A stretch of DNA of 63,422 nt, the filler included, from Octopus bimaculoides (Eukaryota), in the NCBI RefSeq assembly GCF_001194135.2. It is 6 parts of 6 records of this genome, joined end to end, with 100 filler letters (N's around TTAATTAATTAA, not from the genome) between each part and the next. Parts side by side here need not be neighbours in the genome. Positions count along the whole stretch, not along the records: positions 1 to 23,025 come from NC_068984.1; 5 more parts are not named here. One strand, written 5' to 3'. The notes under the pieces were generated by a model. The model was not told where the DNA came from and ran no database searches. It was given only the letters and a program-made list of their open reading frames with translations. Both the position numbers and the translations under genes were made by a program. Shown here in pieces: positions 1-12,206 of this stretch (position 1 is its first letter; each line of letters begins with the position of its first letter).

Positions 1-367
1 AAGACCTTCGAACATTGGGCCTCACCAAGGCGATGACTACTGACCGAGACCTTTGGAAATGTGCTGTGCGTGAGAAGACCCGGCAAGCCAAGTGAGATCG
101 TTGCCAGGGTCCCTGGACTGGCTCTTGTACGGGTGGCACATAAAAGACACCATTTCGAGCGTGGCCGTTTTCGTGCGGGTGACACGTAAAAGCACCCACT
201 ACACTCTCTGAGTGGTTGGCGTTAGGAAGGGCATCCAGCTGTAGAAACTCTGCCAAATTAGATTGGAGCCTGGTGTTGCCATCCGGTTTCACCAGTCCTC
301 AGTCAAATCGTCCAACCCATGCTAGCATGGAAAGCGGACGTTAAACGACGATGATGATGATGATGAT
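1..367 (+). mobile_element. RTE-clade LINE 3' end with (GAT)n tail
   Basis: Encodes DLRTLGLTKAMTTDRDLWKCAVREKTRQAK*, like the ORF end at 31130-31210. Has the shared 3' UTR ending gcggacgttaaacgacgatgatgat. Confidence 0.85.
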
Positions 368-479
368 ATATATATATGTATATATGTAAGATATTTGTAA
401 TGGAAGCAGTATTAGTACTGAATGGTAGTTTTATATCTTTTATAGCTTACTTAATGCTGTAGTATTGTGGTATTCCTTC

Positions 480-980
480 TCAGATAGACACTTAGTGCAT
501 AGAAGCACAAAGATATCAGTTGCAGACAAGAATTGTCGAGCAGTAAACATCTATATGAGAGGCTTCTGGATAAAAACCACAGGATTACAGCATTCTTATA
601 ATACATTCACATTAAGTAGGATATAAAGACTGCCAATCAGTAATAATACTGTTGCATTGCTAATATCTAATTTTTCCTGAGCCTGCTGGCTATTTACAAC
701 ACCAGTCACTGAATAGTCAATTCTTTCTATATATCAGTAGAAAGGAGAATTGGCTGATATAGTGTTAGTAAACATTTGCTGCTGATGAAGTGCAAACATG
801 TTGAAATCACATGATCTGGTAGTTTTAACACCAGTGCTGGATAATTCTTGTCTGCTATTGATATCTCTTTGCTTCTATGCTGCATTAAACATCTATACTA
901 CAAGTTTTCTCTGGATGAATACTGCAGTATTATGGCGTTCTTAAATTGCAACCATATTAAGTAGGATATAGACTACCACA
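480..980. mobile_element. Decayed Penelope-like terminal-repeat mosaic
   Basis: Inverted repeat 501-542 / 835-876, direct repeat ~543-635 / ~885-978, and a CTGATGA...GAAA hammerhead-like core at 782-806. Confidence 0.35.
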
Positions 981-1155
981 CACACTCACACACATATATA
1001 CACAGATAGATAGATTAGTTAGAGGATTCACTAGAATCTTGGTGCATTAATGTGGAGGATGTCAGGACTGGCTAGATTCTATAACACTGATTTTCACAGT
1101 GAGGTAAAAACAACCATGATTTGTCATGTGTTGGTAGTATACTGCAAGTGTATAC

Positions 1156-2045
1156 CATCATCATCATCGTTTAACGTCCGTTTTCCATGCTGGCATGGGT
1201 TGGGCGATTTGACTGAGGTCTAGCAAGCCAGGAGGCTGCCCCAGGCTCCAATCTGATCTGGCAATGTTTCTACAGCTGGATGCCCTTCCTAATGCCAACC
1301 ACTCTGACAGTGTAGTGAGTACTTTTTTACATGCCACTGGGACAGGAGCCAAACGNNNNNNNNNNCTGATCTGGCAATGTTTCTACAGCTGGATGCCCTT
1401 CCTAATGCCAACCACTCTGACAGTGTAGTGAGTACTTTTTTACATGCCACTGGGACAGGAGCCAAACGGAACGAGGGCGCTGGCATTGACCACGTTCGGA
1501 TGGTGCTTTTTACTTGCCACTAGCACGGGAGTCAGTCAGGCGACGCTGGCATCAGCCACATTTGGATGATGCTTTTTACATGCCATCAGCACAGGAGCCA
1601 GTCGGGGTGAGGGGGACTGGCATTAACCATGTTCGGATGGTGCTTTTTATGCACAACTGGCATAGGGAGCCAGTCAGGCGGCACTGGCAATGACTGATGC
1701 ATGAATGGTGCTTATTGCATGCCACCAGCATGGGAGCCAGTTAGGTGGAACTGGCATCAGCCACAACTACAATTTCCATTTTATTGTGGTTAGATTTGAT
1801 TTTGATGATGATGTACTTGACTCAATAGGTTTCCTCAAGCACGGCATGTCACCCGATGATCCAAAGGTACTTTTTTTTAAGTGGGCTGGTTATACGACAC
1901 TGGTGTAACCTACAGCTGTGATCTCACTTTACTTGCCAGGTCTTGTCAGTCACAGCATATCTCCAGAGGTCTTGGTCTATCATCATTGCCTCTGTGAGGA
2001 CCAGCATTTGAAGATAATGTTTCACCACCTCTTCCCATGTGTTCC
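1156..2045 (-). mobile_element. RTE LINE 3' end (ORF2 tail, repetitive 3' UTR, (GAT)n)
   Basis: Reverse complement of the 31100-31750 sequence; catcatcatcgtttaacgtccg tail at 1156. Confidence 0.85.
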
Positions 2046-2652
2046 TGAGTCTCCCTTTCATCTTTCATCTAACAAAGCCAGCTTATGTAATGTTTGTGTT
2101 CAATAGATTATTTGAAATATTACCTACTTTGGTGAAGTACAAGAATATTTCCTTGATATGTCTAGTAATTGCACCTTGATGCTGTTGAAGAAGGTATAGT
2201 TATTATGTTCTCATTTGCAAATGTTTTCAAGAACTTTGCTTCTAGAAATACTGCATCAATTTAATAAGAATGTTTATCATGCATGTGGGACAGAATTTGT
2301 GTGAGAAAAGTTAAGGAGAAGGTAAAACAAGTATTGCTTTACACAGGTGTGAATGTTGTCACAGGTGGAAGCAAGTAGATTGTTAATGTAATGGACAAAA
2401 TGTTTGGGGTGTATAACTGAATCTTGGAGTAGAGTAGAATCAATAAAATGTGGATTCTGAAGTTATGTTCCTGTTTCAGTCCTCTTGATAAACAAATTAT
2501 CACCATCATCATTTCAATGTCCACTTTTTAATTAATACCTGCATGGGTCAGACAAAACTAGTTGAGGTCGATACACACTCCATTGTATATGTTATTTTCC
2601 TGTGTATATGTGTATCCTAGTAACTAAAAGAATTTTTTTTTTAGTCAGGAAT

Positions 2653-3025
2653 TGTTGTTGGTACAACGTCGAGGGTTCCAGTTGATCCAATCAACGGAAC
2701 AGCCTGCTCGTGAAATTAACAGGCAAGTGGCTGAGCACTCCACAGACACGTGTACCTTTAACGTAGTTCTCGGGGAGATTCAGCGCGACACAGTGTGACA
2801 AGGCTGACCCTTTGAAATACAGGCACAACAGAAACAGGAAGTAAGAGTGAGAGAAAGTTGTGGTGGAAGAGTACAGCAGGGGTCACCACCATCCCCTCCC
2901 AGAGCCTCATGGAGCTTTAGGTGTTTTCGCTCAATAAACACTCACAATGCCTGGTCTGGGAATCGAAACTGCAATCCTATAACCGCGAGGCCTCTGCCCT
3001 AACCACTGGGCCATTGTGCCTCCAC
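2653..3025 (-). mobile_element. tRNA-derived SINE with 11-bp TSD
   Basis: Head gtggaggcacaatggcccagtggttagggc on -. TAGTCAGGAAT at 2642-2652 and 3026-3036. Confidence 0.9.
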
Positions 3026-3545
3026 TAGTCAGGAATACAACTGACAAATGCAGTTTCTTTAATTAAAATCTGTTGAGAATTTTTCTAAATGAGAGAAAAA
3101 GTTTTGTGCAATAGCTGAAGCCATCAAGAAGCAGTGTCTCTTCCTCTCAGGCAAATAATTCAACTTAGTAACTGATCAGAAACCTGTCGTTTATGTCTTC
3201 TGCTGCAGCCTCAGACTGACCAAAGCCTTGTGAGTGAATTTGGTTGGTTGAAGTTCCTTTGTGTGTAAAAGTGCTTGCATCTCCTTTGATAGATCCGATG
3301 GAAGACATAAAACTAAGAGATTAAAAATGAGAAAACATCACGCTAGTAATTAAAACTTGTGCAGATCTGTTACAAAATTTACGTCATCCTGGATTTGTTA
3401 AAGCTGTAGCAGACGTACTATTGAATGACTTTTATGATGCTACTTCACAGTGTCATCTCTTAGAATTCCATAAATCTCTCTGCTAGAATGGTATTACATT
3501 ATAATACCATTTTGTTTTGGTATTAGTTCAGGTTCGAAATCATGT

Positions 3546-3835
3546 TTGAGGGTTTGGCTGAAAAAGTTCGTAGGCTGACCAAGATACTCTTATAGAATGT
3601 GAACAAAGAGGTTTAATTCTCAACATAGCCCCCCCCCCCACTGAGGTCTACACACTTCTTCCACTGGTGAAGAAGCTTTCATCCATATTGGTCAACAAAA
3701 AAGTCATCAACAGCAGATATTACATCATCACCACTGCAATACTGGTTCCCAACCAAGTGTTTTTTCATGTTGGGGAGCAGATGATAGTCAGATGGGGCCA
3801 AATCAGAATAGGGAAGGTGATCAACCAATCACTCT
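3546..3835 (-). mobile_element. Mariner remnant (transposase C-terminus plus one TIR)
   Basis: Minus strand gives HLPYSDLAPSDYHLLPNMKKHLVGNQY...DDV (the HPPYSPDLAPSDY motif, frameshifted). TIR-like gagggtttggctgaaaagttcgtaggctgac. Confidence 0.75.
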
Positions 3836-4486
3836 TGAACTCAATAAAAGTAAAAGCTACCATATAACTACATCCAGAACCATGTAAGCTCATCATCTTT
3901 TTAACCTTATACTGTTGATTTTAAGGGTTCATCAACTTTGTCAAGTAATAATTAGCTGTTGATTGTTTCTGATGAATATTTCTGTTTGTTTTCCCATTGC
4001 TTCAACATTTCTTCAACTATCAATGTTTTTGATAGGGCTACATTATTTTCTGTCTTTAGTATATCTGGATATGTCTGGATATTTTGATTGAGGAATCTGC
4101 ATTTCATCTTTTGCATGAGAAGCTGAGGGTTGTCTCAATTAGCTACTTGATCCCATACAACTCTACTGAAAAAGGGCAGTGTGAATATTTTGTTGGAACC
4201 ATTTGGAAAACTGACATTAGCTTCAAGGTCTAGAATCCTACCAATCCCTCCATGGGAAACTGTGACATTAGCTTTGAGGTCTAGAATTCTACCAATCCTT
4301 GCATAGGAAACTGTTTAATATGATACCATACATTGAGTGCAATCCTTGTGTCTATCCACAAACTCAAGAGCTCACAAACAGCTCTTTGCCTTTCCTTAGA
4401 AAAAAAAAAAAAGAATGTGCTATTCTGACTTCCTTGATCTGTATAAGATCTGTTGAAGGGATACATCTATGCAAGAAGATATTTAA

Positions 4487-4660
4487 CCCTTTTGTTACCA
4501 TATTTCTGTTGAAATACACTGCTTCCATTTCAATTAATTTTGCAATTTATGAAAAATTTAGTAAAATAACTTTGTCGTTATTATACTGATGTTTGGAACA
4601 CAAATTATCATAGAATTACAATAGGTTTTAATTTAGATCACCTTAGAACAGTTTTTATCC
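4487..4660 (+). mobile_element. TTAA/CCCTTT piggyBac-type MITE fragment
   Basis: ttaaCCCTTTTGTTACC start; homologous to ~16230-16390. Confidence 0.55.
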
Positions 4661-4824
4661 TAGAACCAAAGGCATTGGTATCAAAAGAGTTAATCCAAGT
4701 TGAATTATAGAACTTATTGGAGGCAAATCCTTACTGTGCTCACATTCTATTTAGAATATACACCTCTTTTGGTTTTCTTTCTATGAGCAAAAATAGGCAA
4801 GAATTTTGAAGATTTTGCGAAAAC

Positions 4825-5259
4825 CTGTTGGGGCAAGCGAAAGCAAAATCGTGATGGCACCTGTACCAGTGGAGCACTAAGAGCACCGTCCGAGCGTGAT
4901 CGTTGTCAGAGCACCAGCTGTCTGGCTTCCGTGCCGGTGGCATGTAAATAGCACCATTTGTGCGTGATCGTTACCAACGTCACCTTCCTGGCACTTGTGC
5001 CAGTGACACGTGAAAAGACATTCGAGTGAGATCATTAACATAGCCATTGCCAGTACTACCTGACTGGCCTTCGTGCCGGTGGCACGTAAAAGCACCCACT
5101 ACACTCTCTGAGTGGTTGGCGTTAGGAAGGGCATCAAGCTGTAGAAACTCTGCCAAATCAGATTGGAGCCTGGTGTAGCCATCTGGTTCACCAGTCCTCA
5201 GTCAAATCGTCCAACCCATGCTAGCATGGAAAGCGGACGTTAAACGATGATGATGATGA
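4825..5259 (+). mobile_element. RTE LINE 3' UTR fragment with (GAT)n tail
   Basis: Near-identical to 170-367. Confidence 0.85.
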
Positions 5260-5509
5260 TACCAAATATGGTAATGCTCATGTAGTACATTTTATGAATT
5301 TCACAACCCAGAACTTCAATCATTAACTATGAACACATGCATATACACCTGTGAGAAGATGACTAGCAAGTGCTGTAAAATAAAGAGAAAGCCCTCAGCT
5401 AAATTGAGTTTGTGATTCAGTTACAATCTCTATTTCTTTTAATATTATATTGTGTTCAGTGTTTGAACTGTGTCCATGCTGGGGGTATTGTCTTCTAAGG
5501 TTTATAGTC

Positions 5510-5830
5510 CAGTGGTTCCCAGTCTTTTTCACTTCATGGCCCACCATATGAGTGCACTTTTCTTGGAAAGTTTAAAAAACCAAAAAAAAAAGCAAAAAAT
5601 TTCAAAGTGAAAAATTTAGACAAAATATATAGAAAAAATTTGCTTACCTTGTTTTTTATTAAATCATATATGTGCGTGTGTAACAAGATTTATAACACAT
5701 TTTTCAAAACATTCAAGCATAAATACAGATTTTTAAAGCCAAAAATTATACCTTAAAAAAATTCAGTCCACCTCGATACCCTTTGTGGTACAAGAGTGCA
5801 CAGCAGGAGTGCATCATTTAAAAACCACTT
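5510..5830. mobile_element. hAT-type MITE
   Basis: Ends cagtggttccc...aaaaccactt; 8-bp flanks ttatagtc / gtatagtc (7/8 match). Confidence 0.6.
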
Positions 5831-6139
5831 GTATAGTCAGTGAATTCAGTGAGCCCTGGGTCTAGTACTTATTTTATCAACCTTAGAACAGAGAATGACA
5901 AAGTAGACCTAGACAGGATTTAAAACTCATCAAAATAAAGGGACCTAACTAAATATACCAAAGGATTTGTCTGATGTTCTACCAGATCTACCATCAAACC
6001 ATCATGATGTCACATAATAGCTGCAAAGATTTTCACTTCTCTTACATTGCTGGTACTCTTTGAGGTGTTGGAACCATGTAGGTTATATAATATTGAGGTC
6101 TTCTCTCTTAAGTCAATGTGATTGATTTACTCCTCATAG

Positions 6140-6657
6140 GTGGAGGCGCAATGGCCCAGTGGTTAGGGCAGCAGACTCGCGGTCATAGGATCGCGGTTTT
6201 GATTCCCAGACCGGGCGCTGTGAGTGTTTATTGAACGAAAACACCGAAAGCTCCACGAGGCTCTGGCAGGGGACGGTGGCGAACCCCGCTGTACTCTTTC
6301 ACCACAACTTTCTCTCACTCTTTCTTCCTGTTTCTGTTGTACCTTTATTTCAAAGGGCCAGCCTTGTCACACTGTGTCATGCTGAATCTCCACCCCCGAG
6401 AANNNNNNNNNNNNNNNNNNNNNNNNNNNNNNNNNNNNNNNNNNNNNNNNNNNNNNNNNNNNNNNNNNNNNNNNNNNNNNNNNNNNNNNNNNNNNNNNNN
6501 NNNNNNNNNNNNNNNNNNNNNNNNNNNNNNNNNNNTACATTAAGGGTACACGTGTCCGTGGAGTGCTCAGCCACTTACACGTTAATTTCACGAGCAGGCT
6601 GTTCCGTTGATTGGATCAACTGGAACCCTCGACGTCGTAAGCGACGGAGTGCCAACA
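6140..6657 (+). mobile_element. tRNA-derived SINE with 11-bp TSD (same family as 2653-3025)
   Basis: ACTCCTCATAG at 6129-6139 and 6658-6668; (CAA) tail; internal N-gap. Confidence 0.9.
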
Positions 6658-6768
6658 ACTCCTCATAGACAAGCAATAATTCTATAATAATTCTATGAAA
6701 GGGCAAGCAATTCACCCTAATATATATTGTTGATTGGCAATAGATATTTATTACCTTTTAGCATTTAA

Positions 6769-6988
6769 CCCTTTCGTTACCAACTTGGCTGAGACTGACT
6801 CTGGCCCTAAGTACAAATGTCTTGTTTTCATAAGTTTTGAATTCAAATCTCCCACCAAACCTTAGTCACAACTTATGTTGCTAACACAAGCTGAATGATA
6901 ACTAAGTTATTTTACTAAATTCTTTGTTATATTTAAAGTAATTGAAAGAAACACAGAGCATCTCAAAATAAATACAGTAACGAAAGGG
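6769..6988. mobile_element. piggyBac-type MITE nested in a related MITE
   Basis: TTAA-ccctttcgttac...gtaacgaaaggg-TTAA. It interrupts an outer element (~6753-7150) homologous to 16395-16615. Confidence 0.8.
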
Positions 6989-7164
6989 TTAAACCAGTCA
7001 TATCCAGTCCAAATGTTCTAACTGTTTTATGTTCAAACTAGCTGGATTCAGCCCCTCACAACTACCCTACAATGTCATTCTGAATGTAAAAAAAATCACA
7101 TCACTGAAATCTCAAAGCTATATTTTTCATCTTTTACTTGTTCAATTCATTGGATTGTGGCCAT

Positions 7165-7495
7165 GCTGGGGCACCACCTTGACATGTTTAGTTAAACAAA
7201 TCAACTCCAGTATTTATTTTCTTTTTAAGCCTGATATGTATTTTATTGGTTTCTTTTGCCAAACTGCTAAGTTACAGAGAGGTAAACAAACCAACACCAG
7301 TTGTCAAGTTGTGGTGAACAAACACACACACAAACACAATAGGTTTCTTTCAGCTTCCATCTACAAATCCACTCACAAGGCTATGGTCAACCCGGTGCTA
7401 GAGTAGAAAATGCTTGCCCAAGATGTTATGCAGTGGGACCGAACCTGGGACCATGTGGTTGAGAAGCAAACTTCTTACCACACGGTTATGCCCAT
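7165..7495 (-). mobile_element. tRNA-derived SINE
   Basis: gcagtgggaccgaacctgggaccatgtggttgagaagc head on -; same family as 40395-40560 and 55830-55980. Confidence 0.7.
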
Positions 7496-7699
7496 AATTG
7501 ATTTAAAACAATGCAAATACATTTGACTGCTAAAGGGTGAATTGGTTTCAGTCATTGGGCCTGTGATCATTATAAGGAGAGGGTGAGAGAGGGAGTGGGG
7601 ATGACAGGATAGTGCTATTTAGGGTTATAGTCATTCAATAACATCAATCCTAGTACTTACTTTATTGATCTTGGAAAGACAAAAAGGCAAATAAAATTT

Positions 7700-7747
7700 A
7701 AAAAAAAAAAAAAAAAAATATGAAGCCAATTTTCAAAAACTTTTATT
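7700..7747 (-). terminator. Distal poly(A) signal with downstream U-rich element
   Basis: AATAAA at 7747-7742 on -, followed about 25 nt later by a U-run (A-run 7700-7718 on +). Confidence 0.55.
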
Positions 7748-9829
7748 GAAAAAAATTGAAACCATCAGAATAAAATGGAGGAAAAAAAACAAAGAAAAAA
7801 AAACATTGTTACCATCGTATTACAGATTTTATTTTCTCAATTAACTAAAAAGAAAAAAAAAAGGAAAAACAAAAGTGGGGAATCGAAGGTTAAATGGTGA
7901 AAGAGACGGGAAGGGAATATGTACAGTGCTAATATTTCTCACAAGTTTATTCCAGCATGATAATGCCACCATGTTACACAGTCCATAGCAACTACTTTTT
8001 TTTTGTTTTTTTTTTTTGTTTTGTTTTTTTAATCAGGAGATTGGTTTCTGCCAGAGAAAAGAAACTGCACCTCTCCCTTTTAATATGTGCACAACACAAG
8101 ATAGATACATCACTGTCCTGAATTAATAAATGTGTAAACAAGACTGAACCGAATGGAAATGCAACAGTTGTCATTGCACTGTGTATGTATGTCTGTATGT
8201 GTGCGTGTTTGTGTGTGTGTGTGTGTGTGTACATAAAATGAAGGAACAAGACAGGACAGTGATATGTCATTAAAAAAAAAAGTAGCAGAAAGATAACCAT
8301 ATCACTGCTTTGTATGCGTTGTGTAACATAAAGAACAGGGAGGTGACAGAGTTACTGCTGTGTTACAACTGAGTGTCGTACAAACAGTGAAATACTGCAA
8401 TGTTACATACAGTAGAGAGTTTGTCAGGACAGCTAGACGACGATGACAATGTTACCCGCCGTGTACAAAGCATGTGTCCACAAGAGTTAAGAGGACAATA
8501 TCACTGTTTGTGAGTGTGTTGCAGCGGTGTGCCGTAGGAACAGCGAGATGATATTATTATGGCAGTGTTACAGCAGTTTTGTCAAAAACAGCGATTGTAA
8601 CTGCAACACAGTTGTGATTACATCCAACCAATGCCAGTACAATTAAAAGGAAGCAACAATGTCACTGCTGTGTCAAAACCAATGAAGTAATAACATCACT
8701 TCTTTGTACATACAAAGTGTTATGAAGGATTGGGAGGGGGGAGAGGGAAGTTGGAAGTGTAAGATGTATTTCAGGAGAAAGAGAGAGATTGATTCCCCCC
8801 CCCCACTCCCCAAAATAGAAGTAAGTTCTAGTACCATTCACCTGTGTTGCATACATTATTATAGCAAAGAACAGAAACAGAAATTAGATGTTATTGCTTC
8901 TCCATAAAGCATCAGAGAAGAATACACAAACCCACATCTNNNNNNNNNNNNNNNNNNNNNNNNNNNNNNNNNNNNNNNNNNNNNNNNNNNNNNNNNNNNN
9001 NNNNNNNNNNNNNNNNNNNNNNNNNNNNNNNNNNNNNNNNNNNNNNNNNNNNNNNNNNNNNNNNNNNNNNNNNNNNNNNNNNNNNNNNNNNNNNNNNNNN
9101 NNNNNNNNNNNNNNNNNNNNNNNNNNNNNNNNNNNNNNNNNNNNNNNNNNNNNNNNNNNNNNNNNNNNNNNNNNNNNNNNNNTAAAAGAAAAAATATGGA
9201 AGAAACAGAGTCGAAAGTAGAATAAAAAGGGGAGATCAAGAAATCAGAGAGGGGAAAGAGAGGGGGGGAGGAGGAAGCAGTAGGGTCAAGCCTTTTAAGT
9301 GGGACCTCTGTTTCTCTTGTCTGTCTTCAACTTGGTGCTCCTAACATCAAATGCCTTATATATATATATATATATATATATGACTTCTTATGTTCATCCC
9401 AACTGGTGTCAGAAGAAGAAACACACGTCATGACAGTTACCACATGATGAAAACGTGATGCTACCACTACTGTACAATGTGTTGTGTGACATTCAAATGC
9501 CAAGTAGCAACACATTGTTTCTTTGTTGGTTTCATACAGTGTCACTAGAATAAGGAAGTGAGACTGTAGCACACCTGTACCTGCATGGTGTTGTGACACA
9601 GATTTTTGTGCCACGGAGACGGAGAGGAAGAAAGGGAGGGAGGGAGAGAGGGAGGGCAGAAGAAAGACGGAGGAAAAATGCAAAATGGAAACCTAATTAC
9701 ACTGCACAATGTTGGAACAGAAAAGTTGAGCAACACATGGCTATAATTTGTACAGTATTACAGGACAAGATTATAAGACTTGTCACATTTGCACTGTACA
9801 GTGGTTATGACATAGAATTTATACTGTAC

Positions 9830-10200
9830 AGCAGTACAGTGTTGTGATACAGAAAATGTGAAGCCAGTACTTCACAGACGTTGTACAGGGTCTGTGACTC
9901 AAAAATGTAAAGTAACATGCTACTTTACTAACACTGTTGTGTTACACAGATATGTGAAGTAACACAGCACTGATACTGAACAGTGTTGTGACAGAAATAT
10001 GAAGTATTAAGCCAATACTTTACAAACATTTGTACAGAGTCTGTGACTCAAAAATATAAAGCAACATGCTACTTTACTAACACTGTTGTGACACACACAC
10101 AGATGTGTAAAGTAACACAGTATTGATACTGTACAGCTTTGTGACTCGGAAATTATAAAGTGACACTATTTTACCGACACTGTCCAGAGCTGTGACATAA
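9830..10200. repeat. Degenerate ~45-50 bp minisatellite with 149-bp higher-order period
   Basis: ttgtacagRgtctgtgactcaaaaatRtaaagYaacatgctactttactaacactgttgtg at 9881 and 10030. Confidence 0.8.
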
Positions 10201-11240
10201 CACAACACACCCTTAACAGTGTTGTAGGATATCGATGTGAAAGTGCTGCTGTTACAGCTCTATTCCAGTACAAACAGACAACACTGCTGCATATAAGTAT
10301 CACATAAAAGATTAAGAGAAGGGGGAGGGGAACGAGTGAGGGAGTATGAGAGACAGAGGGAGAGAAGAAGAGGAGGAGGAGGAGGAGGCGGTGAGTGATG
10401 CGACACTAACGCTACTATTTGGTACAGTGTCATAAGAGAGGAAAAAAATGTGAGGTGACATATTGCTGCTCTGTAGTTGAGGGGCACTAGCAGGACATGA
10501 GCAACTAGTTGGAAGAGAAAGCAAAGGAAATGTCACCTTATTTTCTTCTCTGTCAGGCTGCTGCAGAGACTACAACAATGGCTGGCAAATGCAGTTGTTT
10601 TAGACCTGCCAGTCTGGAAGGCACTTCATTGAAAGACTGCTCAGGAGACCAATTCTACACGTCGGACCATGTCTGTTAGTCTTTTATTTATTTTCATTGA
10701 AAGCAGTGCATACCAACTGATGCAAACCTTCATCTGAGCTTAAGATTTCAGCCACTCAAAGAAAAAAAAAAAACAAAAAAAGAAAAAAAACTTAGAATGA
10801 AATTTAAAATTTCACTAATGCTTACTATATTAAAAAATAACCCAAAACAATTAAAATTTTTTAAAATAAGATAGATTTGATAAAATGTAAATGTTTTAAT
10901 TTTAAACTATCATTAGATTGGTTAATCATCTCTCATGAATTTTCTTTTTTTTTTTAAAAAAGAGAAGAACAGCATCATTTCAATGACCCTAGACCTATGC
11001 TGTATAAATAAAATTTAATATAAATTCTTAACATTTTAAATCTAGTTATGTAAAGAAAGAAAACTTGATATGAAACAAAACCTCAAAGTTTGAGACAGTA
11101 AAAAAAAAATAATTAAAAAAACAAATAAACATAGAAATGGGAACAGATGGAAGAATATATACTCAGAACATCCTATGAAAACAGCCTGGTAAGTCATCAC
11201 CTATCTAGACTAGCTTTATCTTAGTTTTGACAACCAACTT

Positions 11241-11399
11241 TATATATAAATATATTATATAAATATATATATTATATAAATATATATATCATATAAATAT
11301 ATATATCATATAAATATATATTATATAAATATATATTATATAAATATATATTATATAAATATATATTATATAAATATATATATATATAAATATATATAT
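11241..11399. repeat. AT minisatellite (~15-bp atataaatatatatt) running into a gap
   Basis: Direct reading. Confidence 0.85.
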
Positions 11400-11822
11400 N
11401 NNNNNNNNNNNNNNNNNNNNNNNNNNNNNNNNNNNNNNNNNNNNNNNNNNNNNNNNNNNNNNNNNNNNNNNNNNNNNNNNNNNNNNNNNNNNNNNNNNNN
11501 NNNNNNNNNNNNNNNNNNNNNNNNNNNNNNNNNNNNNNNNNNNNNNNNNNNNNNNNNNNNNNNNNNNNNNNNNNNNNNNNNNNNNNNNNNNNNNNNNNNN
11601 NNNNNNNNNNNNNNNNNNNNNNNNNNNNNNNNNNNNNNNNNNNNNNNNNNNNNNNNNNNNNNNNNNNNNNNNNNNNNNNNNNNNNNNNNNNNNNNNNNNN
11701 NNNNNNNNNNNNNNNNNNNNNNNNNNNNNNNNNNNNNNNNNNNNNNNNNNNNNNNNNNNNNNNNNNNNNNNNNNNNNNNNNNNNNNNNNNNNNNNNNNNN
11801 NNNNNNCTTAAAAACACCTATT

Positions 11823-11873
<51 letters not shown>

Positions 11874-12135
11874 TGCATGCATTATAACTTAGGAAGGATT
11901 ATTAAACTGAACAGATAAAGTAAATTAGTTGGGTGCAACAGAAAAGAACAAAATGGATGTACTACCAAATCATCAACTTTGAAATTAATTAAAATAATGT
12001 TATTTTAGTGAGAAGAAATAGGGCTTGTTAAGATATAAAAAAAAAAATGAGAATAAAATAAACAGATTTATTAATGAATTGATTTGAAAGAATGGGTAAT
12101 GGTAGCTTATGTTGAGATGCAAAATAGTACATGTA

Positions 12136-12206
<71 letters not shown>

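Noticed and set aside
1253-1470. Apparent ~100-bp tandem duplication
   Set aside because: The copies flank an 11-N gap and are identical, typical of an unmerged contig overlap.
6140-6215. tRNA gene
   Set aside because: The tRNA-like head continues into a SINE body with tail and TSD.
10557-10679. Acceptor-like site then small ORF MAGKCSCFRPASLEGTSLKDCSGDQFYTSDHVC on +
   Set aside because: 33 aa, no recognised homology, antisense to the inferred UTR; chance is sufficient.
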